Source of the DNA: Nitrososphaeria archaeon
Lineage (GTDB): Archaea; Thermoproteota; Nitrososphaeria; JACIWG01
NCBI GenBank assembly: GCA_050011875.1
Contig: JBEKIG010000027.1
Span: forward strand, 1 to 17,473
DNA length: 17,473 nt
Direction: 5' to 3'
In this document: positions 1 through 7,885 of the stretch, in pieces
How the letters are laid out: the number at the start of each line of letters is the position of its first letter
How positions within the stretch are numbered: position 1 is the stretch's first letter
Program-made: the position numbers and the translations under genes
The notes under the pieces: generated by a model
Database searches by the model: none
Told to the model about the DNA's origin: nothing
What the model saw: only the letters and a program-made list of their open reading frames with translations

Positions 1-174
1 TACCCAATCGACAAGAATGAGGAGCATAATCCAGACAAATTCGCCGCTTTAAGAAATAACCTTATACAGGCTCGAGATGCGATAAACTTTGCAGGTGGCA
101 TCAATGGACATATGGTCACCCTAGAAGAATCAGGGATCAATGTGCTAAGCTCAAGTTGTGGCAGGAAAATATAA
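1..174 (+). CDS. 3' end of a partial ORF entering from the left edge; hypothetical, with a short Leu/Ile/Val-binding-protein-like motif
   Basis: Frame 1 is open from base 1 to TAA at 172-174: YPIDKNEEHNPDKFAALRNNLIQARDAINFAGGINGHMVTLEESGINVLSSSCGRKI*. AINFAGGINGHMVTL resembles the INxxGGIxGxxIEL motif of branched-chain amino acid SBPs. Confidence 0.35.
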   Translation, partial: YPIDKNEEHNPDKFAALRNNLIQARDAINFAGGINGHMVTLEESGINVLSSSCGRKI

Positions 175-276
175 ATTGCCATTAATCAGTCCATAGGACT
201 TTTTCTTGAAATACATCTTAGTTCATGCCTCGAGAGAAATCAATAGACCTTGTCGTTTCTTGAGAACTGCGATTGA

Positions 277-1272
277 TCATGTGTGCCCGTTTATCCGTTT
301 TGGCACATATGGTTCTTCCATGTAAGCGATGTCTTTTTCGGATAGGCTGATATCCACCGATTCAACCGCCTCCTGCACGTGCTCAGGCTTCGAAGTCCCT
401 ATGATAGGCGCTGTGGCCCCCTTCCGGAACAGCCATGCCAACGCAATCTGAACCGCCTTCACTCCCTTGTCCTGCGCCACTTCAGTAACCCTTCTGACGA
501 TTTCAGAGTTTTCAGGAGGATCAACGTAAGGTTTATGATATATCGCGGCAAGTTTAGAGTCCGACTGAAGCCTCGACATATCGTCCCTGCCGATCTCAAT
601 TCTTCCACCTTCCGAATAGCGTCCGGATAGCAGGCCGGCTGCGACGGGGTTGTACGGGATGACCCCTATGTTCTGGTCCTTGCACAGCGGTATCATCTCC
701 CTTTCCTCCTCCCTATAGAGCAGGTTCCACTTGTCCTGCATGCTCGTGAACTTCTCGAAGCCTCTTATTTCGCTCGTATACATTGCCTTCGAAAGCTGCC
801 ATGCCCACATACTCGATGCCCCGATGTACCTGACTATTCCACTTCTCACAAGGTCGTTTAACGTCGACAACGTATCCTCAATTAGCGTTTCGTAGTCCCA
901 CCTATGTGTCTGGTAGAGATCGATGTAATCTGTTTGAAGTCGGTTAAGCGAATCCTTCACCTGTTTCATTATGTGCTTACGTGAGAGACCCCTCTGGTTC
1001 GGCTTCTCCCCCATCTTACTGTAAACCTTTGTAGCAATTATTACATCTTCTCGGACTTCTTTGAGAAGCTCTCCTATGATCTCCTCAGACCTACCTAATG
1101 AGTACATGTTCGCAGTATCAAAGAAATTGACCCCTAGGTCGAGCGCTTTACTTACAACCTTCCTTGCGTCCTCTAATTCGACTTGATATGGCTCAGCATT
1201 TCCAAAAGACATACAGCCAATCGCGATCGGAGAAACTTTCAATCCTGACCAGCCTAATCTAACATACTTCAT
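277..1272 (-). CDS. Aldo/keto reductase (aryl-alcohol dehydrogenase/YajO-like subfamily)
   Basis: MKYVRLGxSGLKVSPIAIGCMSFG N-terminus; catalytic tetrad in FDTANMY (D,Y), ATKV (K), YQTHRWD (H); GIVRYIGAS, PIIGTSK. ATG at 1272 is preferred over the ORF-track TTG at 1293 because MKYxxLG is the usual family start. Confidence 0.93.
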   Translation of the reverse strand: MKYVRLGWSGLKVSPIAIGCMSFGNAEPYQVELEDARKVVSKALDLGVNFFDTANMYSLGRSEEIIGELLKEVREDVIIATKVYSKMGEKPNQRGLSRKHIMKQVKDSLNRLQTDYIDLYQTHRWDYETLIEDTLSTLNDLVRSGIVRYIGASSMWAWQLSKAMYTSEIRGFEKFTSMQDKWNLLYREEEREMIPLCKDQNIGVIPYNPVAAGLLSGRYSEGGRIEIGRDDMSRLQSDSKLAAIYHKPYVDPPENSEIVRRVTEVAQDKGVKAVQIALAWLFRKGATAPIIGTSKPEHVQEAVESVDISLSEKDIAYMEEPYVPKRINGHT

Positions 1273-1433
1273 ATCGTTCAACAAGCTTGTCAACCGTGTT
1301 ATTAAAAGGATTTGCTGAACTTTTTCTATGATACAACTGAGAATCCTAAATTTTTGTTTATATGGTCTGTTCTAAAATGTTGTTCAATATATATACATAA
1401 CAGGCTAGAAACTTGTGAGGGAATGTTTGAACT

Positions 1434-1991
1434 ATGATAAGGGCTGTGATATTTGATTTCGATGGCGTAATAGCTGACAGTGATCGAGCAGAATTCGAAT
1501 CCTTTAGGCAAGCTTTCCAAAAGTATGGTGTCACCCTGACTCTTACTGAATTTTTGGAGTCAAGGGGTGGCACAAGTCTGGAAATAATAGGAATAATCTT
1601 AAAAAAGAAGAGGATAAGATTAAGCGCGACAGAAATCTGCGAGGCTAAGCAAAAAATCTACGAAATAATAATCCCTGGGATTAAACCTTTCGATGAGATA
1701 ATTGGGCTGATAAACAGACTGGAGAACTATAAGTTGGCGGTTGCTTCCTCAGGTTCAACAAAAAACATTGAAAAAATGATTCTAAAGTTTGGTGTCAGAG
1801 ACAAATTTGATGCAGTTGTAGGTAGTGAAGACATAAGAAGGGGGAAGCCTGACCCTGAAGTATTCTTGCTTGCTGCAAGGAAACTGAAGACTCTGCCAAA
1901 GAACTGCCTTGTCATAGAGGATTCTTTAGTCGGATTTAAAGCTGCCAGAAAGGCTGGAATGGAATGTATTATACTTAGTGGGAAACACTAA
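1434..1991 (+). CDS. HAD-superfamily phosphatase (beta-phosphoglucomutase/CbbY-like, subfamily IA)
   Basis: Motif I IFDFDGVIADS, motif II AVASS, motif III GKPDPEVF, motif IV VIEDSLVGFKAARKAGM. Confidence 0.92.
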   Translation: MIRAVIFDFDGVIADSDRAEFESFRQAFQKYGVTLTLTEFLESRGGTSLEIIGIILKKKRIRLSATEICEAKQKIYEIIIPGIKPFDEIIGLINRLENYKLAVASSGSTKNIEKMILKFGVRDKFDAVVGSEDIRRGKPDPEVFLLAARKLKTLPKNCLVIEDSLVGFKAARKAGMECIILSGKH

Positions 1992-2019
1992 AAAAGACTA
2001 ATTCTCTGTGAGACAACGC

Positions 2020-2835
2020 ATGCTTGAGTATGCTTTCCTCATACGCATCCTTGGGGCCTTTGTCGTTGGTGGTGGATGGGTCGCGTTCGTCGCACGGCTT
2101 GGAGACGTTCTAGGAAGTAATCGCGGTGGCATGGTAGCTGGCCTGCCATCAACTGCGGCATTCGGATTCCTGTTTATCGGATGGAATCAGTCGGCTGGAG
2201 TTGCAGCAGAGGCCACTACAGAGTTTCCCCTGATCTTTAGTTTCACAGGTGTGTTCCTTCTCTCGTACGCAATCCTCGCCACATACGGATTTTGGAAGGC
2301 GTTGGTTTTGTCCCTCTTGATTTGGCTTGGCGGAGTTTCGCTAGTCGTCGCGTCTGACATTCAGGACTTCGGCGTCTCTCTGGCGGTAAGTGCCCTGATT
2401 TCGCTCGTAGTCTTCTTTGTCTTCACGTGGAGACTGAAGTTGAAAAAGCGCTCCTCATCGAAGTACAGTGGTTCGTCGCTTGAGGTTCTCCTTCGCTTTA
2501 TACTCGGCGGAGGAATCGTCGTGCTTGCGGTCGTGGCAAGTCAGATGGCTGGTCCCAGAATCGGTGCGATTCCAACAGCGTTTCCCGCCGTCTCCGTGCC
2601 AGTGTTATATGTGCTCCACAAGAGCCAAGGAACAGAGTTCTCCCGGGCGGTCACAATGCCGCTGATGGTGACTGCGATGCTAACGATTATACCTTATAGC
2701 GTAGCTGTCAGAATTTTCTTTCCTGTTGTTGGAATCTGGTGGGGAACGGCAGCTTCGTATTTGGTAGCAACTCCTTTTGCAGCTCTTTCGTACTTTGTTC
2801 TTAAACCAACAAAAAGAGAAAATTTGTGTATCTGA
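2020..2835 (+). CDS. Polytopic membrane protein with two homologous halves (DUF3147-like)
   Basis: About 9-10 hydrophobic segments. Repeated motifs FVVGGGWV...GGMVAGLPS and FILGGGIV...GAIPTAFPA flank a basic loop (KLKKRSSSK). Start is ATG 2020 or GTG 2008. Confidence 0.7.
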   Translation: MLEYAFLIRILGAFVVGGGWVAFVARLGDVLGSNRGGMVAGLPSTAAFGFLFIGWNQSAGVAAEATTEFPLIFSFTGVFLLSYAILATYGFWKALVLSLLIWLGGVSLVVASDIQDFGVSLAVSALISLVVFFVFTWRLKLKKRSSSKYSGSSLEVLLRFILGGGIVVLAVVASQMAGPRIGAIPTAFPAVSVPVLYVLHKSQGTEFSRAVTMPLMVTAMLTIIPYSVAVRIFFPVVGIWWGTAASYLVATPFAALSYFVLKPTKRENLCI

Positions 2836-3039
2836 TGTCATACCACAGAATTTGCGTCAATAAATGCCTTTTCCTGAGGCTTTCCACAGAGCCCTCCAAA
2901 TATGGTATGCTTCTTGATAGCTTTCAAACCGTCAATCTTGGGTGGCATTTACTGCTTGAGCTAATCCTTTCTTTTTTTGCATGGCTATTTTTACACTCAC
3001 ACTTAGCCTTATTAATGACAGTTTTACCTTTCAAAGACA

Positions 3040-3696
3040 ACGAACGAATCCTCTCTTCATTCAGCGATAAAGGAATGGTATACACTTCCTATGGACAAAT
3101 TTGAGGTGAAGGTAGGTCAATATTTTGCTGATATTGTCCGAGGAGATTTAATAGTTGAAATTCAAACAATGAATTTTTCCGCGATCAGAAAAAAACTGGA
3201 AAATCTTGTACAAAAGCATAAGGTAAGACTAGTATACCCAATTGCAGAGAGAAAATGCATTGTTCACATTGACAAATCTGGCGAAGTTGTAAGTAGGAGA
3301 AAATCTCCAGGCAAAGGAAAACTAACTGACTTGTTTCGTGAGCTCGTTAGGGTTCCCGAATTGATCAAAGAGGTTAATTTCTCTCTTGAGGTTTTGTTGA
3401 TTGACGAGGAAGAAATCAGAATTGATGATGGAAGGGGAAGCTGGCGAAGAAGAGGAGCCAGCATCAAAGACAGAAAGTTAGTCGGCGTTAACACGAGAAT
3501 CCTCTTTGAAAATAGTATAGATTTTCTCAAACTCTTACCTGAAGAACTGCATGAAACATTTACCAACAAGGAATTAGCCAGCTCAAAGAAAGTCTCTGTT
3601 AGAACTGCACAACAAATAACCTACTGTTTTAGAAGAAGTGGGATGATCCGAGTAATTGAAAAGAGAGGGAAAGAACTCGTTTTTCAGAAAACGTAA
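3040..3696 (+). CDS. PD-(D/E)XK/restriction-endonuclease-like fold protein with a probable C-terminal winged HTH; start codon uncertain
   Basis: EVKVGQYFADIVRGDLIVEIQT matches an E...D...ExQ nuclease-type core. C-terminal FTNKELASSKKVSVRTAQQITYCFRRSGMIRVIEKRG looks like a wHTH. The frame is open upstream of ATG 3091 through (ACG)NESSLHSAIKEWY at 3040. Confidence 0.65.
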   Translation, partial: TNESSLHSAIKEWYTLPMDKFEVKVGQYFADIVRGDLIVEIQTMNFSAIRKKLENLVQKHKVRLVYPIAERKCIVHIDKSGEVVSRRKSPGKGKLTDLFRELVRVPELIKEVNFSLEVLLIDEEEIRIDDGRGSWRRRGASIKDRKLVGVNTRILFENSIDFLKLLPEELHETFTNKELASSKKVSVRTAQQITYCFRRSGMIRVIEKRGKELVFQKT

Positions 3697-3740
3697 CTAT
3701 CTTCAAATTTACGATAAAGCTGTGTATGATTTTATCTTCC

Positions 3741-4817
3741 TTATGCTAATTTTCCGAGAAAATCTTCCTTGAATTCTATTCCATTTCCTTCTCTTTCAGG
3801 TGCAATGGCATATCCATCTTCTATCGCTAATGGAATCTTGAACAAATGTGTAAGCCATGGCATATGTTCCACTGTTAAACCATTCGAAAATGCGCATGTC
3901 AAGTGGACATGTAAGTCCATAACGAAGTGTGGAGCTACCGGTATTCCATAATTCTCTGCATATTCAGCGATCTTTATCCATTCGGTTATTCCTTTTACTC
4001 TGCAAACATCCGGTTGGATTATGTCCACGGCCTTCTTCTGAATAAGCTTTTGGAATATATCTAGATGGTAGATCCACTCACCGGTTGCAACCGGCAGGTC
4101 GAGTGCAGAAGCGATCTCTGCATAATCGTTGACATCACCATCAACCGTTGGTTCTTCAAACCAATTGATGTTGAATTTTTCATATGCTTTCCCCCTTCTA
4201 ATTGCCTCAGAGACGCTGAAAGCTTGATTGGCATCGACCATCAACGAAAATTTATCGCCCACCGCTTCCCTAACAGCTCTAATCCTCTCAATATCTTCCT
4301 CTAAATTTTTCTTACCAACTTTAATCTTGAATCCTCTGAAACCTAGCTTGACCAGCTCCCTAGCATTTTTAGCAATTTCATTGCATGAGTAATGCAGCCA
4401 ACCGTAATCAGAATCGTAGATAGGAATTCTATTTCTTTTGCCGCCCAACAGCCTAAAAAGTGGTTTTTTTTCTTCTTTCCCCTTTATATCCCAGAGAGCG
4501 ATATCGACGGCAGCTATACTATTTGTGGCTGTTCCACCATGAGTTCTCGCGTCAGTTAAGGTACACATATCATTCCAGATTTCTTCGATTTCTAAGGGAT
4601 TTCTACCTTGAACCTTCTTCTTTAATTCTTTATCAATAATTGCTTTTACCCCCTCACCTCCCCTTAAGGTATAGGTATAGCCTGTTCCTTCAAAATCGTC
4701 ATCTGTTTGAACCTTTACGACGATTAACTGTATGCTATCAAGTGTCCTTGCAGAATCGGAGATAAGTTTCCCACATGGAACATTTAGAAAATATGTTCTG
4801 ATATCTTTAACTTTCAT
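3741..4817 (-). CDS. Enolase superfamily enzyme, mandelate racemase subgroup (probable acid-sugar dehydratase)
   Basis: AAVDIALWDIKGK; KxK motif FKIKVG; metal ligands MVDANQ, WFEEP, TGEW; QPD...APH His-Asp dyad. Confidence 0.92.
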   Translation of the reverse strand: MKVKDIRTYFLNVPCGKLISDSARTLDSIQLIVVKVQTDDDFEGTGYTYTLRGGEGVKAIIDKELKKKVQGRNPLEIEEIWNDMCTLTDARTHGGTATNSIAAVDIALWDIKGKEEKKPLFRLLGGKRNRIPIYDSDYGWLHYSCNEIAKNARELVKLGFRGFKIKVGKKNLEEDIERIRAVREAVGDKFSLMVDANQAFSVSEAIRRGKAYEKFNINWFEEPTVDGDVNDYAEIASALDLPVATGEWIYHLDIFQKLIQKKAVDIIQPDVCRVKGITEWIKIAEYAENYGIPVAPHFVMDLHVHLTCAFSNGLTVEHMPWLTHLFKIPLAIEDGYAIAPEREGNGIEFKEDFLGKLA

Positions 4818-4842
4818 ATTCTCAACTTCATCAGATTAGTTC

Positions 4843-4852
4843 TATTTAATAT
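4843..4852 (-). promoter_or_regulatory. Putative TATA box for the enolase-superfamily gene
   Basis: Minus-strand ATATTAAATA 26-35 nt upstream of ATG 4817. Confidence 0.4.
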
Positions 4853-4926
4853 TTATCAATGTTATTTGAATTCTTCTTTTAAATCCTAACATGATCATAG
4901 ACTAGCGTGCATTACTTTAAACAAAC

Positions 4927-4934
4927 TATAAATA
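4927..4934 (+). promoter_or_regulatory. Putative archaeal TATA box (with A-rich BRE-like flank) for the dehydrogenase
   Basis: AAACAAAC-TATAAATA ending 30 nt before ATG 4964. Confidence 0.5.
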
Positions 4935-4963
4935 ATTACTTCAATATCATTTGCCGATGAAAA

Positions 4964-5965
4964 ATGAGTAAGCCTATTGTTCTAGACTTTACATCAGGTA
5001 CCTCTTCTGACTACTATTCCGAAAATTTTAGGAACAAGTACGAAATAAGACAAAATCCTTTCAAAAGAGCGGTGAACAAGGAGGAAGAAATGATATCGAT
5101 AATAAGAAATGTGGACGCTACCATTGCCGCATCTGAACCTTACTCAAAAGAAGTATATGAAGCAGCAAAGAAGCTTAAGATAGTTGCAAGGTACGGCGTC
5201 GGATACGATAGCGTAGACGTTAAGGAGGCAACAAAATTTGGAGTATTTGTAACCAACCTTCCGGGTGTAAACTCTGAAACTGTTGCGGAGCATACGGTCG
5301 CATTAATATTTTCAGTTACAAGAAATATAGTTAAAACTGCAAGTTCAACAAAACCGGATACATGGCAGAATGTGTCAAGTGAATACTACTCAACTGGCAC
5401 ACCATTTGAGCTTTATGGTAAGACCCTGGGTATAGTGGGCTTTGGTGCTATAGGGTCGAAAGTTGCAAGGATCTGTTCCGGATTAAACATGAAGATAATT
5501 GTGTCTGATCCTTATCCTAACCTCCAAAAGATCAAAGAGGCAGAAGCAGAATTGGTAAGTCTTGAAAGGGCTTTGAAAGAGTCAGATGTGATTACCGTAC
5601 ATTCGCCCTTGAATGATGAAACAAGGCATATGATAGGTGAAAAGGAGTTCAAAATGATGAAGAAGACCGCCATATTCATTAATGCTGCCAGAGGTCCGAT
5701 CGTTGATGAACGAGCGCTCTTTAAGGCTCTAAAAGAAAAATGGATATCCGCTGCAGGACTCGATGTCCTTGAAAAGGAACCGCCAGAACGTGGTAATCCC
5801 CTATTCACACTAGATAATGTTATTATTACCCCTCATGTCGCATCATCTAGCATTGAAAATTCTATAAGAACCGATGCGATGATAGAAGAACAGATAGAAC
5901 AGGCACTTGAAGGAAAGGTACCGAAATTTGCTTTAAACCCTGAAGCAATTAAGTATAGAAAATAA
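4964..5965 (+). CDS. D-isomer-specific 2-hydroxyacid dehydrogenase (SerA/glyoxylate reductase-like, no ACT domain)
   Basis: RYGVGYDSVD, VAEH, Rossmann GIVGFGAIG, INAARG (Arg), DVLEKEP (Glu), TPHVAS (His); 333 aa. Confidence 0.94.
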   Translation: MSKPIVLDFTSGTSSDYYSENFRNKYEIRQNPFKRAVNKEEEMISIIRNVDATIAASEPYSKEVYEAAKKLKIVARYGVGYDSVDVKEATKFGVFVTNLPGVNSETVAEHTVALIFSVTRNIVKTASSTKPDTWQNVSSEYYSTGTPFELYGKTLGIVGFGAIGSKVARICSGLNMKIIVSDPYPNLQKIKEAEAELVSLERALKESDVITVHSPLNDETRHMIGEKEFKMMKKTAIFINAARGPIVDERALFKALKEKWISAAGLDVLEKEPPERGNPLFTLDNVIITPHVASSSIENSIRTDAMIEEQIEQALEGKVPKFALNPEAIKYRK

Positions 5966-5984
5966 TTTGTGTGACATAGGAACA

Positions 5985-5999
5985 TTTTTGTCTTTTTTT
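5985..5999 (+). terminator. Oligo-T archaeal-type terminator after the dehydrogenase
   Basis: TTTTTGTCTTTTTTT starting 20 nt after the stop codon, in a convergent intergenic region. Confidence 0.5.
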
Positions 6000-6118
6000 G
6001 TGTTGAGAGAGAGTTAGTAGTAGAGTAAAAGAAAATTAAAAATGGAACTCCCTAGGATTTTCTAATTTCTACTGATACTTAAGCTCGCCTCTAGTAAATA
6101 GATTACCTGTAATCAGCT

Positions 6119-6976
6119 TTACTTTGACCATATCCTGTACCAGTGCTCGAGTGTGTCGGCTCTCTGAGCTGGCCGATCGGGTTCGTAGAAGCTTGGGTAC
6201 CCACTGTACCCGACGACCTCTTCCATTGGGACACCCTTCGAAATCATCTCCTTCATCTTGGACCTTACGGCCGTGAACCAGTCAAGCTGCTTTCTGACTT
6301 CGCCCTTGTCGGATAGGGACCCGTGGCCTGGCACGATAACCCTGACGTCCATCTTCAGGATCTTCCTGAACCCCGATATCCATGCGTCAGGGTTCGCTGT
6401 GGGATCCCCTCCCCAAGGAAAACGTTCCGCGAAAAGCAAGTCCCCTGCGAACAGCACCCTATCGTCGGGCACGTATACGATCGAGGAGCATTCAGAATGG
6501 CCTCCCGTATGGATCATCTCCACGCCGTCGACCGTGAAGCGGCCCTCAAAGGTGACGTTCGGAAGCACGACCTCCAGCCCTTCGAGTAGGGGTGCGACTT
6601 CAGGCCTGTTCACTCTCGCATCCTCCAACAGCTTCAGAAGGTTCTCCTTCGACCAGACGGTCTTCAAGTTCTCCTCAACCCTCTTCTTCAACAATGAGTG
6701 TCCGACGATCTTGCAGTCCTTAAAGGCCCAACTGCCGAAGACATGGTCTTGGTGGTAGTGGGTCAGAAGAAGGTATCTTACAGGCTTGCTGGTGACATTG
6801 GATATGCTACGCCTAAATTCCGCGCCTGAAACTGGGTACTGTGAGTCGACCGCAATGACGAAATCATCTAAAACTATGATACCCACGTTTGCACCCGTTT
6901 TGCCTTCAGTGTTCACGTAAACTCTCTGAGAGACCTTATCTAGCTTCATAAACATATCACAGATACGTTCAAGCAT
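6119..6976 (-). CDS. Metallo-beta-lactamase fold hydrolase (cyclase/glyoxalase II-like)
   Basis: THYHQDH (HxHxDH), GGHS, LFAGDL, IVPGHG. The true start may be ATG 6955 or 6949 (MKLDKVS). Confidence 0.9.
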   Translation of the reverse strand: MLERICDMFMKLDKVSQRVYVNTEGKTGANVGIIVLDDFVIAVDSQYPVSGAEFRRSISNVTSKPVRYLLLTHYHQDHVFGSWAFKDCKIVGHSLLKKRVEENLKTVWSKENLLKLLEDARVNRPEVAPLLEGLEVVLPNVTFEGRFTVDGVEMIHTGGHSECSSIVYVPDDRVLFAGDLLFAERFPWGGDPTANPDAWISGFRKILKMDVRVIVPGHGSLSDKGEVRKQLDWFTAVRSKMKEMISKGVPMEEVVGYSGYPSFYEPDRPAQRADTLEHWYRIWSK

Positions 6977-7120
6977 TTCGCTTCTATTTATCTATTGTTC
7001 GATCACTTAGTTCTGATCTATAAAAAAATCAGCAAGAAGTCCTCTCAACTTGTTTAAAAGGAGTCAGGAGGTATAAACTTCAATTATTCTTCATGACCCC
7101 GGAGCTGATAGGCAAAAGGT

Positions 7121-7885
7121 TTAGTTTTCTCTCCATTTCGCCTTCAGTAGCGCAAGCGCCAAGAACGCCACGGTGAAGGCGGGCAGCGCCGCCCAACTGA
7201 CGATAGTCTGTGTGTAAGAGACAGGGAGGCCAGAAAGTCCCTGAATGAGAACTGAGGCATGAGTAGTGGGTACCAGCTCCGACAGCCACCTCACCTGCGG
7301 CGGCAAGAGTTGCATTGGATAGAATACAGGCGGGAGGACAGAAAGGATGATCGATATGAAGGTGACCGTCAGGAACGCAGTCCTCGTGTTCAGCACATAC
7401 GTCGACAGGAAGAAACCGATGGAGCTAGTTGTCATCCATGTCAATACGGCCACGACCACTATTCCAAGTATTGTCAAAGCCCCTACCTCAGGCGACCTGT
7501 AGGCGAGGATGACAAGGAGTATGGCAAGAGGGGGAACCGCGAAAGCCAGTTCGGACGCCGCCACCGAGAACATGTAGGTGAAGGGTGACACAGGCGAAGC
7601 CACGACCACGGACTGGAACTTGTGCTCTATCTTGTAGCTCGTCAGGTCAGCTCCCAGGAAGAGCCCCTGCTGTGCTACTGTCATGGTGATCGCCCCCGAC
7701 AGACCGTAGGAGAATGCCGTGCTTTGGCCGTTGACGAAGAGGATGAAGAGGATGGTGAACGGGGTGGCGAACACGAACGGGAGCAGGGTGGGAATCCGTA
7801 TCATTGGGACGATTCCAAGGTAGTAGCACAGGGCTCCGATTGTCCTGAGGTTCCTCCACGCCTTGGTAGAGAGACTTTCGCTCAT
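7121..7885 (-). CDS. ABC-2 type exporter permease
   Basis: About six TM segments, SPVSPFTY loop, LPPVFYPMQLLP...WLSELVPTTHA ABC-2 signature. ATGA overlap with the upstream ATPase at 7882-7885. Confidence 0.88.
   Translation of the reverse strand: MSESLSTKAWRNLRTIGALCYYLGIVPMIRIPTLLPFVFATPFTILFILFVNGQSTAFSYGLSGAITMTVAQQGLFLGADLTSYKIEHKFQSVVVASPVSPFTYMFSVAASELAFAVPPLAILLVILAYRSPEVGALTILGIVVVAVLTWMTTSSIGFFLSTYVLNTRTAFLTVTFISIILSVLPPVFYPMQLLPPQVRWLSELVPTTHASVLIQGLSGLPVSYTQTIVSWAALPAFTVAFLALALLKAKWREN

Noticed and set aside
269-280. 12-bp match GCGATTGATCAT, also at 17461-17472, as possible att/target-site repeats
   Set aside because: A 12-mer match is expected by chance in 17 kb, the copies overlap coding sequence, and there is no integrase.
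2826-3104. 92-aa ORF between the membrane protein and the nuclease-like gene
   Set aside because: No recognisable motif, and it overlaps the likely true N-terminus of the nuclease-like gene in another frame.
4964-5965. Assigning the symbol serA
   Set aside because: No ACT/ASB domain, and substrate specificity in this family cannot be read from motifs alone.
6063-6073. TAATTTCTACT, identical to the 5' part of the Cas12a repeat handle
   Set aside because: Single copy, lacks the pairing GTAGAT arm, and there are no spacers or cas genes.
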